The notes beneath the pieces are model-generated. The model was not told the DNA's origin, searched no databases, and worked only from the letters and a program-made list of their open reading frames with translations. DNA of 64,000 bases from Antechinus flavipes (taxonomy: Eukaryota). Made by a program: the position numbers and the translations under genes. Where the stretch lies: the NCBI RefSeq assembly GCF_016432865.1, contig NC_067398.1, positions 721,246,001 to 721,310,000 on the forward strand, in the 5' to 3' direction. Positions 1-11,675 of this stretch are shown one piece after another (the first letter of the stretch is position 1; each line of letters opens with the position of its first letter).

Positions 1-492
1 AGGTCAGGGGGCTGGAGGGGCGCCCTGGGAAAGGCCCAGCTCCTAGGTCACTGGGGAGCTGCTGGGGCTGCTCCCCCAACCCCGCCTGCCCACCAGAGCT
101 GGTAATGGTCTCACACACTCACACATCCTCTTGTGTTAGCTCATTGGATCTCTGCAAAAACCCAAAGATAAGGGCGATTATCACCCCCATTTTACAGATA
201 GGGAAACTGAGGCTGATAGCGGGTTCAGGTAAGTCTTCCTGACTAAGACTGTGACTCTCAGCTCGCAGCAATCTGTGGCTCTAGTTAGAGATCACCCTGG
301 GAGTCCTCAACTGGGGAATGGCCCTTACTCAGCCTGCCTGGGCCTCGACATCTCCATCTGCGAAATGATGGGACTGGACAAGGTCACTCTTACTTCTCAG
401 TGCTAGGACCTCTGAACCAGCTCTGGGGCTTAAGTATTTGTGCAGTTCCCAACAGAGCCTGCAAAGCAGACTTGTGTTAGGTATATTTGAAA

Positions 493-615
493 GGGCAGCA
501 CCAGCCCAGAAGTCAGGAGGACCTGAGTTCAGATCCGAGCTCAGATACTTAACACTTCCTGGCTGGATGATGCTGGGGAAGTCACTTACCCCCAATTGCC
601 CCAGGGGAAAAAAAA
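493..615 (+). mobile_element. WSINE1-like tRNA-derived core SINE (similar copies at about 7375-7490 +, 10345-10505 -, 54830-54960 -)
   Basis: AGTCAGGAGGACCTGAGTTCA B-box region, ACTTAACACTTCCT..CTG..TG....GG.AAGTCACTTA.CCC core and A-tail; family name from recall. Confidence 0.7.
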
Positions 616-1073
616 GGCAATTGAGACTTATCTCATTCTACGGGTGCTCTTTGCATTGCTGCTGTGTTGATGTTACTCATCTAAAAGCCTTTTTTTTTTT
701 TTTTTTTTTTTGGCTTTTTTGTCATTGAAATTGTCTATTACAACGGTTAAAATTACCTCTTCCTTCTCTGGCTAATTCGTAACTGTGAAAGCTCTCGCCT
801 GATCTCCGATTGTTTACTTAATCCTCACCATGACCACGGAGACAAGTACTCTTGTTGTCCCATTTGGCAGATGAGGCAACTGAGGCCCAGCGAGGTTCAA
901 TGGCTCGCGTCTGCTCGGACCCAGCCCTCTCCTGAATGTGCCTCCTGGGTCTGTCACACAGCTCACCCTGACCTGCCGACAGTCGGACCGCCCTGGCCAG
1001 GCCACCAAGGCTCTCCCCAGACTCGGGGGAGGGTGGGCGTGTGAACCTCACAGACAAAGCTCCCGGCAGGGCT

Positions 1074-1222
1074 GGTGAGCCCCGCCCCGCGCAGGTGACT
1101 GAGCCCCGCCCCCGGCAGGTGACCGAGCCCCGCCCTCGCAGGGTGACAGCCCCGCCCCCGGCAGGTGACCGAGCCCCGCCCTCGCAGGGTGACAGCCCCG
1201 CCCCCGGCAGGTGACCGAGCCC
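1074..1222. repeat. GC-rich minisatellite, about 6 copies of a 23-24 bp unit (CAGG[G]TGAC[C/T]GAGCCCCGCCC...), in the SLC7A4 intron
   Basis: Direct tandem repetition visible; alternating CAGGTG and CAGGGTG variants. Confidence 0.9.
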
Positions 1223-1276
1223 GGGGCGGAGCCGGGCGCCCCGTGGGGACCGGCCCCTCCGCCCGCCCCCACTCAC

Positions 1277-2258
1277 CGCAGATGGATCCCACGGCCACGA
1301 TGAAGCCGGCCCAGCCGTAGCCCCGCCGGTAGAAGGCGTCGGCCAGGGCCGACTCGGGGTCCAGGCTGTGCCAGGGCACCATCAGCGTCAGCACCATGGA
1401 CACCAGGATGTAGGCCCCGGCCGCCAGGCCCAGGGAGATGGCGATGGCCAGGGGCACCGAGCGCTTGGGGTTCCGGGCCTCCTCGCTGGAGGCCGCGATG
1501 ACGTCGAAGCCCACGAAGGCGTAGAAGCAGGTGGCGGTGCCCGCCAGGATGCCCGAGACGCCGAAGGGGGCGAAGCCGCCCTCCCGCGCGCTCCAGTTCT
1601 CGGGCCGCGCCAGCACGAGGCCCAGGACCACGATGAAGACGATGACCCCCAGGCTGAGCGCGGAGAAGATGTGGTTGAGCCAGGAGGAGACGCGGGCGCC
1701 GCAGGACACGAAGGCGGCGGCCAGCAGCAGGATGCCCGCGGCCAGGAAGTCGGGGTAGCGCGCCAGGAAGGGCACCTGCCACTCCTCCACGTGGCTCTCC
1801 GTGAAGTTGCGGATCCGGTGGCTGAAGACGGAGTCCAGGTAGCCGCTCCAGGCGCGGGCCACGGCGGCGCCGCCGATCATGTACTCCAGGAGCACGTTCC
1901 AGCCGATGAGGAAGGCCCAGAACTCGCCCATGCTCACGTAGGTGAACATGTAGGCCGAGCCCGTGCGGGGCACGCGGGCCCCGAACTCGGCGTAGCACAG
2001 CGCGGCCAGCAGCGAGGCCACGGCGGCCAGGGCGAAGGAGACCAGCACCGCGGGGCCCGTCAGCTCCTTGGCCACCGTGCCCGTGAGCACGTACAGCCCC
2101 GAGCCCACCATGCCCCCGATGCCCAGCAGCGCCAGGTCCAGCGTGGACAGGCAGCGCCTCAGCGACGTCTCCATCGTGGTGTCCTCCAGGCGCTTCAGCC
2201 GGTTCAGCTTCTGGCAGAGGCGCGCCAGGCCCGCGGCACTGGGCAGCCCCCACGCCAT
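1277..2258 (-). CDS. SLC7A4: Cationic amino acid transporter 4, first coding exon (982 nt, MAWGLPSAAGLARLCQKLNRLK...IVAVGSIC); exon acceptor at 2311, downstream exons outside the window
   Basis: Translation matches the CAT-4 N-terminus and APC-family motifs (GGMVGSGLYVL, CYAEFGARVPRTGSAY, FYAFVGFDVIA, SEEARNPKRSVP). Polypyrimidine/CAG acceptor at 2312, donor TGCG|GTGAGT at 1277/1276. Confidence 0.96.
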
Positions 2259-2475
2259 GCCGGGGCGGCGGGCGGAGCTGCGGACGGAGGAGGGGCGGGG
2301 CCGGCACCGGTCTGGAAAAGACAGGGAGGGTCTGAGCTCCCGAACTGCGGCCCCCAACCCCCTCCCCTGGTCCCGAGTCACCGACTCTTCCCCAGGCTGA
2401 CCCTCACGCACTGGGGTGAGCGCTAGGGCTGTGAAGTAGGGAAATCTCGGAGCCTGCCCTCCGTGTGGTAAATAA

Positions 2476-2980
2476 NNNNNNNNNNNNNNNNNNNNNNNNN
2501 NNNNNNNNNNNNNNNNNNNNNNNNNNNNNNNNNNNNNNNNNNNNNNNNNNNNNNNNNNNNNNNNNNNNNNNNNNNNNNNNNNNNNNNNNNNNNNNNNNNN
2601 NNNNNNNNNNNNNNNNNNNNNNNNNNNNNNNNNNNNNNNNNNNNNNNNNNNNNNNNNNNNNNNNNNNNNNNNNNNNNNNNNNNNNNNNNNNNNNNNNNNN
2701 NNNNNNNNNNNNNNNNNNNNNNNNNNNNNNNNNNNNNNNNNNNNNNNNNNNNNNNNNNNNNNNNNNNNNNNNNNNNNNNNNNNNNNNNNNNNNNNNNNNN
2801 NNNNNNNNNNNNNNNNNNNNNNNNNNNNNNNNNNNNNNNNNNNNNNNNNNNNNNNNNNNNNNNNNNNNNNNNNNNNNNNNNNNNNNNNNNNNNNNNNNNN
2901 NNNNNNNNNNNNNNNNNNNNNNNNNNNNNNNNNNNNNNNNNNNNNNNNNNNNNNNNNNNNNNNNNNNNNNNNNNNNNNNN
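2476..2980. other. Assembly gap (N); other gaps at 3552-3695, 28992-29119 and 55638-56589
   Basis: Runs of N. Confidence 1.
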
Positions 2981-3149
2981 GAGAGTGGCTGAGCTCCAGA
3001 CATGGCCCTTCAGTCCCACAATGCCTTCACCCGCTGTCGGCTAATCACAGGTTCTTAACCAAGGCCGACCCTTTCTCACGCACTGAATTATGTACCAGGA
3101 CTATGAAGTAGGGAAAAATCACGGCCCCTGCCCTCCGTGTGGTAAATAA

Positions 3150-3310
3150 GAGAGGGAGAGCAGGTGGGGGGAGAGAAAGAGGGAAGGAGGAGGAGGGGGA
3201 AAGAGAGACAGAGACAGAGACAGAAACAGGGAGAGAAAGGGAAAGAGAGGCAGAGACAGACAGGGAGACAGACACGACAGACAGAGACAAAGGGAGACAG
3301 AGAGACAGCT
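3150..3310. repeat. AG-rich / (GAGACA)n low-complexity tract
   Basis: Directly visible. Confidence 0.85.
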
Positions 3311-4009
3311 TCACCCTATTGAGCTCAGTGTCCCCATAGATAAAACAGAGAGGGAAACGGCAAACTCCTGCAGTGTCTGCCGAGAAAAGCCCATGGGGGG
3401 AGAGGAGGGGAAACAGGGTCGGACAGGACAGAAAAAGACCGGTCAGCAACATCCACAACACCCACAGATGCCTGAAAGCAGACGTGTGGACTCGCAGGAG
3501 GCCCCTCCATGGAAATGGGTGTGCAGACTCTGCAGAGGCAACGTGCGAATGNNNNNNNNNNNNNNNNNNNNNNNNNNNNNNNNNNNNNNNNNNNNNNNNN
3601 NNNNNNNNNNNNNNNNNNNNNNNNNNNNNNNNNNNNNNNNNNNNNNNNNNNNNNNNNNNNNNNNNNNNNNNNNNNNNNNNNNNNNNNNNNNNNNNCCTGC
3701 GCCCCAGCTGTCTCCCCCATGCCAACGCGGGCTCAGCTCCTTGAGAAGGGGCTTTTTCATTCTCTACCTTTGGAGCCCCAGCAAATGCTCGGGCTGATTG
3801 ACAGCCGGGGCCTCTCCGAGTCAGAACTAGAGCCCGCCTCCTCCGCTCCCCCTCCTAAGCCGGAGCAGCTCAGACCACGGAAAGGGTCCGGGAGAAGCTT
3901 CCGGATACACACAGATGGGAGCAGGAGGGGGAGGGCTCAGAGGAAGAAAAGCGATGAGGATGGAGAGGGAGCCCCAAACCCTGCAGTCCACAAAGGAAGC
4001 CACCGCCCG

Positions 4010-4090
4010 GTCTGTCCCGCAGCCGTCTGTCCCGCAGCCCCGTCTGTCCCGCAGCCCGTCTGTCCCGCAGCCCCGTCTGTCCCGTAGCCG
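4010..4090. repeat. Minisatellite, about 5 copies of GTCTGTCCCGCAGCC(CC)
   Basis: Directly visible tandem units of 15-17 bp. Confidence 0.9.
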
Positions 4091-4949
4091 GGCTCTGCTT
4101 CCCGTAGACAAGCACAGCCTCCCTCCCGGATGCAGTTACTTGAGCCGGTTTGGCCAGCTCCGCTGGCCTCTCTCCACGGCCAGAGCCGGATTTCTCACTT
4201 AAAGAAGGCAGGGAAGCCGGATCTCCCTCTCCCCTCTCCGGGGGAGGGACCACACGGACTCTCTCTTCACTAGTGGGAGGGAGGACAGCGCGGGTGGGAG
4301 GGGGATCAGCTGGGACGTCCTTCCGTGGACGGGGCTGGGGGGAAGGACCTGGAGGGCTCTCCCCTGATCAGGGGCCGAAGAGCAGGACAGAAACCCGAGC
4401 CCTTCGTGCGCCTTGTGTGTTCCAGCCGGATCGGCAAGGCAGAAGCTGAAAGCGACCCTTTCTCCAAGGAAACGGGAGCTCCCGCTAACAGCCTCTGCCT
4501 CCGCCACTGCCCGTGGGGCAGGGGCGGCTCCCAGAGCTTGCTCGGCTGCCATCTGTGCTTCCTGTCAGCGGGCCAAGTGCCCGTAGGGACTGCCACCTCC
4601 CCGGCCCACAGGCTTGGGCCCCGTCCCGCTGGCCCCCTCCCTCTCCCTACTTGTCAGCTCTTCCCTCGCGGAACCTTTACCCACCCCCCCCTTCGGCCTT
4701 GACTTTCACCCAAGCTGCATCCCTGCCCAGCCCCCCCTCACCTCCTGCCCTCCCCTCCACCCATCCCACCCGCCGGCCTCCATCTTTCCTTTCCCACTCC
4801 AATCTTTGGCCAATCGTGCCCTTTGCGCGCCCTCCGGCTCTCCCCTTCGCCCTCCCCGCTCTTGCCTCCCCAGACCTCCCCTCAACCTTGTCCTCTCCTG
4901 GGTCCGCACTCTCTGCTAGCCCCTCCCCACCTCCCCTGGCTGCTTCAGG

Positions 4950-5950
4950 CTCTGATCAGTTCCAGCCCGGGCCCGAGCCTCCTTCCCCTGGCGCTGACGG
5001 CTCTGGGAGAGGGAGGGGGAGGCAGGAGCCGACGGAAGGCCGCCTTGGGGCTGCATCCTCTGCCCTCAGCCCGGCACCGGCAGACCGCGCCACGTTTAGC
5101 AGTTTGGGGAGCGGAGAAGGGCGGGAGGGAGAAGGGAAAGCCGGAGGGGAGCAGGTGGGGTTGGAGGGTGGAGGCGGACGAAAAAGAAAGCAGCCCTGGG
5201 GATGGCTTTTCTCCGGGAGCCAAAATGGAGGCAGGCGGCGCGCCGGAAGGCCAGGGCCTCCCCGGGGACAGGCCTTCCCCCCTCGGCTCTCCGAAAGGAG
5301 GTGTCCCCCCCTCCCAGCCGGGGAAGCCGGGGGCCCGCGAGGGGCCGGGTACGCTCCGGGCGCCGCTCCGCTGGCCGGGATGGGAGGGGGGCCGGGGACC
5401 CCCAAATCCCGACTTTGTCCGCTCGCCCGACGCGCCCCGAGAGCTCGGGGGGGGGCTCTCCAGACTGGCTGGGGAGGAGAGGCCCCCACCCCCATCCCCA
5501 AGCCGGCCCCGCAGGGACTGCGCGCTGCGGGCTCTCGGGCCGCCCCGGCCGCTCAGCACCACAGCCAGCTCCCAGCGCCCTCAGCCCCGCTCAGCCCCGC
5601 TCAGCCCCGCGCCGCCCCCGCCCCCGCTCTCGGACCTACTCCTTCAGGCCCCCCCGGGCCTCCGCTCCATCCGCGGCGTCCCGGATGATTCCTGCTGCCG
5701 CCCTCCGGGCCCGAGGCGGGTGCGGGACGGTCGGGGACGGGGGCAATCCACGGGTGAGGACGGGGAGAGGGGAGCTAAGGCACACCGCGAGCCCGGCGCG
5801 GGAGACCCACCTGCAGCCTCTGCGGCTCCTCCGCTTTGTAGCCCCGCCTCAGCGGCTCAGCCCCACCCCACCTAGCGGGCAGGGCCGCCCATCCAGGCCG
5901 GGCGGGGAAGGCGGAGAGGACGGCGCCCCTGCGTTCGGAGGAGGGGGAGG
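4950..5950 (-). promoter_or_regulatory. SLC7A4: CpG island, probable SLC7A4 promoter / non-coding first exon region
   Basis: Dense CpG and GC boxes 2.6-3.6 kb upstream of the coding exon acceptor. A strong minus-strand donor CAG|GTGAGC lies at 6080/6079, but exon 1 is not defined. Confidence 0.6.
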
Positions 5951-8044
5951 GCACTGAGTCCTGCCCCCCTCTTCCCTCCCCCCCTCCGGTATCTGCTACT
6001 GCCCCCCACCTTCCCACTAGCTCATCTCCACTGACCTTTAGCCCGCCCCCACCGGCCTCTTTCCCCTGACCTCGCTCACCTGGCTCTCCCTTTACACTGA
6101 CGCTCACACCCCCTTAGTTCCTCCTACTGGCTCCTCCACACTGACCCTTAACCCTCCGCCCCCTCCCACTGACCCATCTCCATGCATCCTCGGTCCGCAC
6201 TGAGGTCTCCACCCTCCCTCCCCACTGGTACTCAGCCCGCCTGCCCCGTCCCTTTGTGCCGAGCCCTCCCTCCCTCCCCACTCCCTCTATCCTGATTTCC
6301 TCTATCCCGACCCTAACTCCCCGCTAGCCCCACTGATCCCCTGATCTCTCACTGCCTCCTCCCCATTCCCCATCCCTCCTTACTCCCTACCCTCCCTCTG
6401 CTACCCTCCCTCCGTATCCCCCCTCCGGTAACCCCCTGTGGTACCTCCCTCCAGTATCCCTCCTTCCCCCCTCAGGTATCTCCCCTTAGGTATCCTTTCT
6501 CAGCTACCCTCCCTCCAGTACCCCCCTCCAGTACCCCTCCTCCGTATCCTCCCTCCCGTATCCCCCCTCTGGTACCCCCCTCCAGTATCCCATGCTGATG
6601 TGACTGTCACCCTCTCCGCCTCCTCAGAGACCTTCCTCACTGCCCCCTCCCCATTCAAGGCAACATTAACATTCAAGTCCCACAAGCGTCTGGGAAGTGC
6701 TACATGCCGAGCTAAGTAAGAGAGGGAGACCCCACCCAAAGGGGGAAATGGCCGGGGCCCCTAGAGCTTCCTCCTATGGGGGAGCACGGTACAAAATATA
6801 CAGAAAGGAAATGGAGGGGGGGTGACCAAAGGGCTTAGGAGAGGGGACCTAGGAGAAGGTGGGGTCCCAAGCCAGCGGTCGGCGGGTCAGCGGGCACAGA
6901 CTGCAGCTCCCACTGGGGCCGGGTACCGGGAGGCCTTGGGAATGCAAGGACAAGGAGTGGGGCTCCCTGCTCTAGGGAGAGACAAATACCCAGAGAGCCT
7001 TCCACGCATGGGGCACAGCCCAGGCAAAGCTGCAGAGGTCAGGGGTGAGTTGTCCAATTGGCGCAACATGACAGTTTGGATCTAAAAGTCCATTGAGGCG
7101 GTGAGAGGAAACCACCATGGAAGGGCAGGATAGATGTGCAGAGAATGGAGAATGGGGTTTTTTTCCCCTTTCTCTTTTGAACTTGACAAATGGGGAAATT
7201 TATTTTGCCTGAATATACACGTTTGTGACACTATTGTTTCTCTTGCCCTCTCAACAGGAAGAAGGGAGAGGGAAAGAATTGGAATTCAAAATAATATTGA
7301 ATTTTAAAATAAGAAAATTAGCCCAAGATGAGTTGGGAATTTAAATACCTAAAAAGGAAGCTTGCCAGCCCTGAAGTCAGGAGGACGTGAGTTCAAATCT
7401 GGCCTCAGACACTTAACACTTCCTAGCTGTGTGACCCTGCAAGTCACTTAACCACAAATGCTTCAGCAAAATAAATAAATAAAAATAAAGGATGCTTGCA
7501 TTTTACTCTGGATGCAATAGGGAGCCACTGAAGCCTCGTCAGCAGGAGAGCGACACGGTCAGTCGGTCAGTCAGTCAATAGACATTATGAAGTACCTCGG
7601 GTCTGGCACTGTGCCCATCCCCATGGGTTGACCCAAAGAAAGCAGAAAGTTAAATTGAAAACCCAACCCCTAGTAGCTCACATGGAAATGGTGTGGACAC
7701 ACAAGCTGGAAGCAGAGTGAGCTGGGGATAAGACACAGAGGGAAGGCTGTTGTAGAAAGGAGGGATTTAGCTGGGATCTCAAGGAAGTCTGGGAATCCAG
7801 GGGAAGGAGATGAGGAGGGAGAGGGAGCACCATCAGAAAAAAGGCCTGGGGTCTGGAGATGGAGTGTGTCACGGCTGCTCTGGCTGATGTCCATGAATTG
7901 CAAAGCATGGTGGGAGCGGGAAGGTGTCAGAGACTTGGAAGCGGGGCAGGTTATGAAGGGCTTTGGATGCTGAGGGACTGTCAAGAGGTCATAAGCCAGT
8001 CAATGAACAGCCAATGGGCATTTATTAAGCCCTTACTATGTTCC

Positions 8045-8310
8045 AGGGGGTGGCTAAGTGGTACAGTGGATAGAACATGGGGCCCAGAGTCAGGAAGCCT
8101 CATCTTCCCGAGTTCAAATACAGCCTCACACTTGCTGTGTGAGGCTGGGCAAGCCACTTCCCCTGTGTACCTCAGTTTCCTCATCTGTAAAATGAGCTGG
8201 AGAAAGAAATGGCCAAGCCCTCCAGTATCTGTGCCGAGAAAACCAGAGATGAGGTCACAGAGAGTCAGACACAACCCAAAGTACTTAACAACCACAACAA
8301 ATTGTGACTA
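8045..8310 (+). mobile_element. MAR1-like core SINE (another at about 32170-32310); many MIR/L2-tail fragments occur throughout the window
   Basis: tRNA-like head, CCTCAGTTTCCTCATCTGTAAAATGAG core, then GCTGGAGAAAGAAATGGC..CC.TCCAGTATC RTE-type tail. Confidence 0.75.
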
Positions 8311-8750
8311 AGTTCCTTACAATTATCTCATTTGATCTGGACAACAACCCTAAGAGGGAGGTGTTATCATTATCATTACCTCCATTTTACAGTTGAGGAA
8401 ACTGAAACAGGCAGCCAAAAGTGAAGAGATTTATTACAGGTAGGCGATGTCTCAGGCTGATCTTCCTGATATCTGACCACCTCCCGTTTATTCAGTCCCT
8501 CTTTTTGCAGCCCAAGACCATATAACCTTGTGGGCTAGCCCAGTGCAGTGCTGAAGCACGTGCTTCCAGACTCCTGATGCATCATTTGTTAGGAATCCGG
8601 ACTAACCAGCTTCTGGATCTTAGGGAGCACAAAAACAGGCCCTGCTCACCTTTCTACCGATCGCAAAAGGTGCGATGGGCTGCGTCAACAGCGTACAAAC
8701 CGTCCACAAAGACATGCAGTGCGAGCGATAGGGTGCCTTCCTAGGGGAGG

Positions 8751-9109
8751 TGTAGCAACAAGCTAAGGTCCCCTGGCCTCCGGGGTAGCTCCACAAACTC
8801 TGCTGGCTGTCAGATAACGATCTGCTGCTCAGCAATAACAGAATTTCGGAGACAATAATGAGGTACATATTATACCACTCCTCGAGTCTACCTGGGAGTC
8901 ATAAAATCAGCATATCGGTGGCACGAAGCACCTGGTCTCTAACTTTTTCCTATAAATTTATCTTCTTGCTTCTGGCTCTTTGCTAAATAATTTTGGAACT
9001 TAGCTTGCTGTAGTTGACATTACAATTAGAGGACTTGGAGATGGATCCGAGCCTAAAAATTCTTTTGAGATACCTCCAAACTTTTGTGGGTCTCCTTTGA
9101 ACCCCAACA
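8751..9109 (+). mobile_element. ERV-A left LTR
   Basis: TGTAGC...CCCCAACA, roughly 80% similar by eye to 14535-14909, TATAAA box; followed by a PBS-like sequence. Confidence 0.8.
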
Positions 9110-9111
9110 GT

Positions 9112-9129
9112 TGGTGGCCCTACTTGGAT
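9112..9129 (+). promoter_or_regulatory. Degenerate primer-binding site, tRNA-Ile-like
   Basis: TGGTGGCCCTACTTGGAT 2 nt after the LTR end, versus TGGTGGCCCGTACGGGGAT expected for tRNA-Ile(AAT). Confidence 0.6.
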
Positions 9130-10574
9130 AGAATCCTTGTCAAGGTTAGCCCCCGTTCTTTTCTCCCTCTGTCCTATAACTGGGACACCCCAAGCCTCTA
9201 GGAAAGCTTGTCAGGTTGTTAGGAGTTCCACCATCAGCAAACTTTCCTTGACTGGGGACACCCGGTCTTAGGAGTTTTTGCAATTTTGGCTCAGTTTCCT
9301 CCTGACTAGGGAACCTTTGCCACCCTCCCCGGGATGCCGGAAGCGAGGTGCTATGGGAATAGCAATTTTCTGGCTTGTGCTTTCAAAGATGGGACAGTTC
9401 TCTTCCATGTCATTTTGTGTCTGCTCTATGTAGAATGTCTCTGTCTGTTCTGTGAGCTAGATTTTATTGCCTGGAAAGATTTAACATGCAGCCAGCAAGA
9501 AAAAACTTCTGCACTGTAGTTAATACACTGGGAAATATTCCATAACGTCCTTGACTTTAAAATTAAATTAAACATATACATAAATTTCCTTGACTTTTAA
9601 ATTAAATTAAACATATATATATATATTTACTTTATACTTTATTTACTTATAAATTAAAAAGGGAAGAGCCTGACTTTATTCTCTTTAGATCCTATTTCTG
9701 GCCAGGCTGGGGGGCTACAGAAATAATTAGCTAATTAAAATGATAAAACCATTCAACTAATGTCTTAACAGATTCTCAAGGTTTTAAGGGAAGTGATTAA
9801 GGACTTTGGCAACTAATTAGATTGCAAGAAAAAATTCCTGAGACATTGGGGTTAATTCCAAGAATTTACCTCATTCTGAAAGAAGAGAGTGAAAAAGAAA
9901 AAAAACTAGGTAAACAGGTAAAATACACTCATGTCTTGTTTAGAGTCCCTTTCTGCTCCACTGGGGAAGGAAAGCCATGAATTATTGAGAGGGGTGCCTT
10001 TCTGAACTGTCACAGGTGGATGCCTTATCTGGGCAAAAGCTGGGAGGAGAACCTTGGCCTCTGTTCATGGTTAGAGCCTTCTGATTCAGATTACCAGTTC
10101 TATTTCTTTGTTTCCCACCTGATTACTCCTGAGTCTGGCTATAAAGTAGAATTGTAACTGCATGATTGGTGATCTAATTTAGAAAAGCCTTTTATGAACA
10201 GTGGGGCCAGACCTTAAGTGTCTTGACTCAGTCCCTTAGACCTGATCCCAGGGTCTTTTCTTACTTCTCTTGGAGGATTTGGATGTAGGAGCTTTGACTT
10301 TGTTATCATCTTCTGAGTGTGTATTTTGATCTTCCTTGTTACCATATTAACTTTTTTTTTTTTTCTTGCTGGGACAATTTGGGGTTAAGCAATTTGCCCA
10401 GGATTACACAGCCAAGAAGTGTGAAGTGTCTGAGGCCAGATTTGAACTCAGGTTCTCCTCACTTCAAGGTTGGTGCTCCATCCACTGCACCACCTAGCTG
10501 CCCCCTCATAGTAACTTTCAATGGTCAGAAACTTTTTCTGTCGTCTGCTCATTTTACTAGCCTATTAATTGGCT

Positions 10575-10975
10575 CTTAACTCTTTGTTAAACATATATAT
10601 TTTAACATGTTTAACATATATTGGATTACTTGCCATCTGGGGAAGGGAGTGGAGGAAAGGGGGGGATTTGGAACACAAGGTTTTGCAAGGGTCAATGGTG
10701 AAAAATTATGCATGTTTTGAAAATAAAAAGCTTTAATAAAAAAAGATAATTGTGTTAATATGTATGCCTATTTTGGATTTAACATATATTTTTACTATGT
10801 TTAACATAAATTATTTGCCATCTAGGGAAGGGGGTGGGACGAAGGGAAGAAAATACAGGAACACAAAGTTTTTCAAGGGTAAATGTTGAAAAATTGTCCA
10901 TGCATGTTTTGAAAATAAAAAGCTTTAATAAAAAAAGTTTCAGTTTCAAAAACAAAAACAAAAACAAAACCTCTT
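10575..10975 (+). mobile_element. Two tandem L1 3' UTR tails inside ERV-A
   Basis: Two near-identical units ending ...CATGTTTTGAAAATAAAAAGCTTTAATAAAAAAA; typical marsupial L1 3' ends. Confidence 0.75.
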
Positions 10976-11675
10976 TGTTAAAGTAGGACTCTGTTTCCAG
11001 AGTGGAGGGGGCTCTGTCCCAAGCTTCAGGAGTTCTGTGTTGCTGTTTTGAAAAGTCCTTCTAGGAAGCTGACCACAGGCACGCTTTCCTGCCCTGGAAG
11101 TGTTAGGTATGTCCCTGCCCCACTGTAGCTATAAGATCTGGCATGCTGATGGGAGCTGAGGCTCCATGGACCAGAGCTGGGCTGGCACTGCACACCAGAC
11201 CTTCTCCACTGACCTTCCAAGCCCTCCCCAATGTCCCCAGGCAGGGAGGTCCAGAAGGACCAGAAGGTCCAGCACTACTGCTGATTGAGAGGTCACCCTT
11301 GCTGACGCTGGGGTCTGGGCCAGAGCTGGGATTGCGCACTGGGGTCCCACCCGGGAGTCACAGGCTTTCTCTGCTGACCTCCCACGTTCTCTTCAGTGTC
11401 TTTGGGCTGAGAAGCCACAGCACTGACTCAGAGGTCAGATCGGGCAAGGTTGAGACTGGGTCCTGCCCCAGGACTCCCACCTTGGACTTATTGACCTTTT
11501 CTGCTTAGTTTCTAAATTGTCTTTGGCTGGAAAATATTCCGCTCCATGTTTTGGATGTGCTGATGCCCTAAAATTTGTTTAGAGTCATTTGGAAGGAATT
11601 TGGAGCAGTTTGGGGGAGGAGTTGGGCAAGTTCCTGTCTTTGCTCCACTATCTTGGCTCCGCTCCTCCACAATTG

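Noticed and set aside
963-2411. 482-aa ORF as the full SLC7A4 protein
   Set aside because: The first 51 residues cross the acceptor at 2311 and the tail after GSICG is intron/VNTR read-through; only 1277-2258 is coding.
1273-2426. Long overlapping ORFs (344 aa -, 352 aa +) over SLC7A4
   Set aside because: Shadow frames of an exon with very high GC3; few stops are expected.
2404-3797. ORFs spanning N runs (also 28827-29195 and 55268-56848)
   Set aside because: Artefacts of translating assembly gaps.
4513-5957. Several 180-390 aa Pro/Gly/Arg-rich ORFs
   Set aside because: CpG-island composition; no domain motifs; open in many frames at once.
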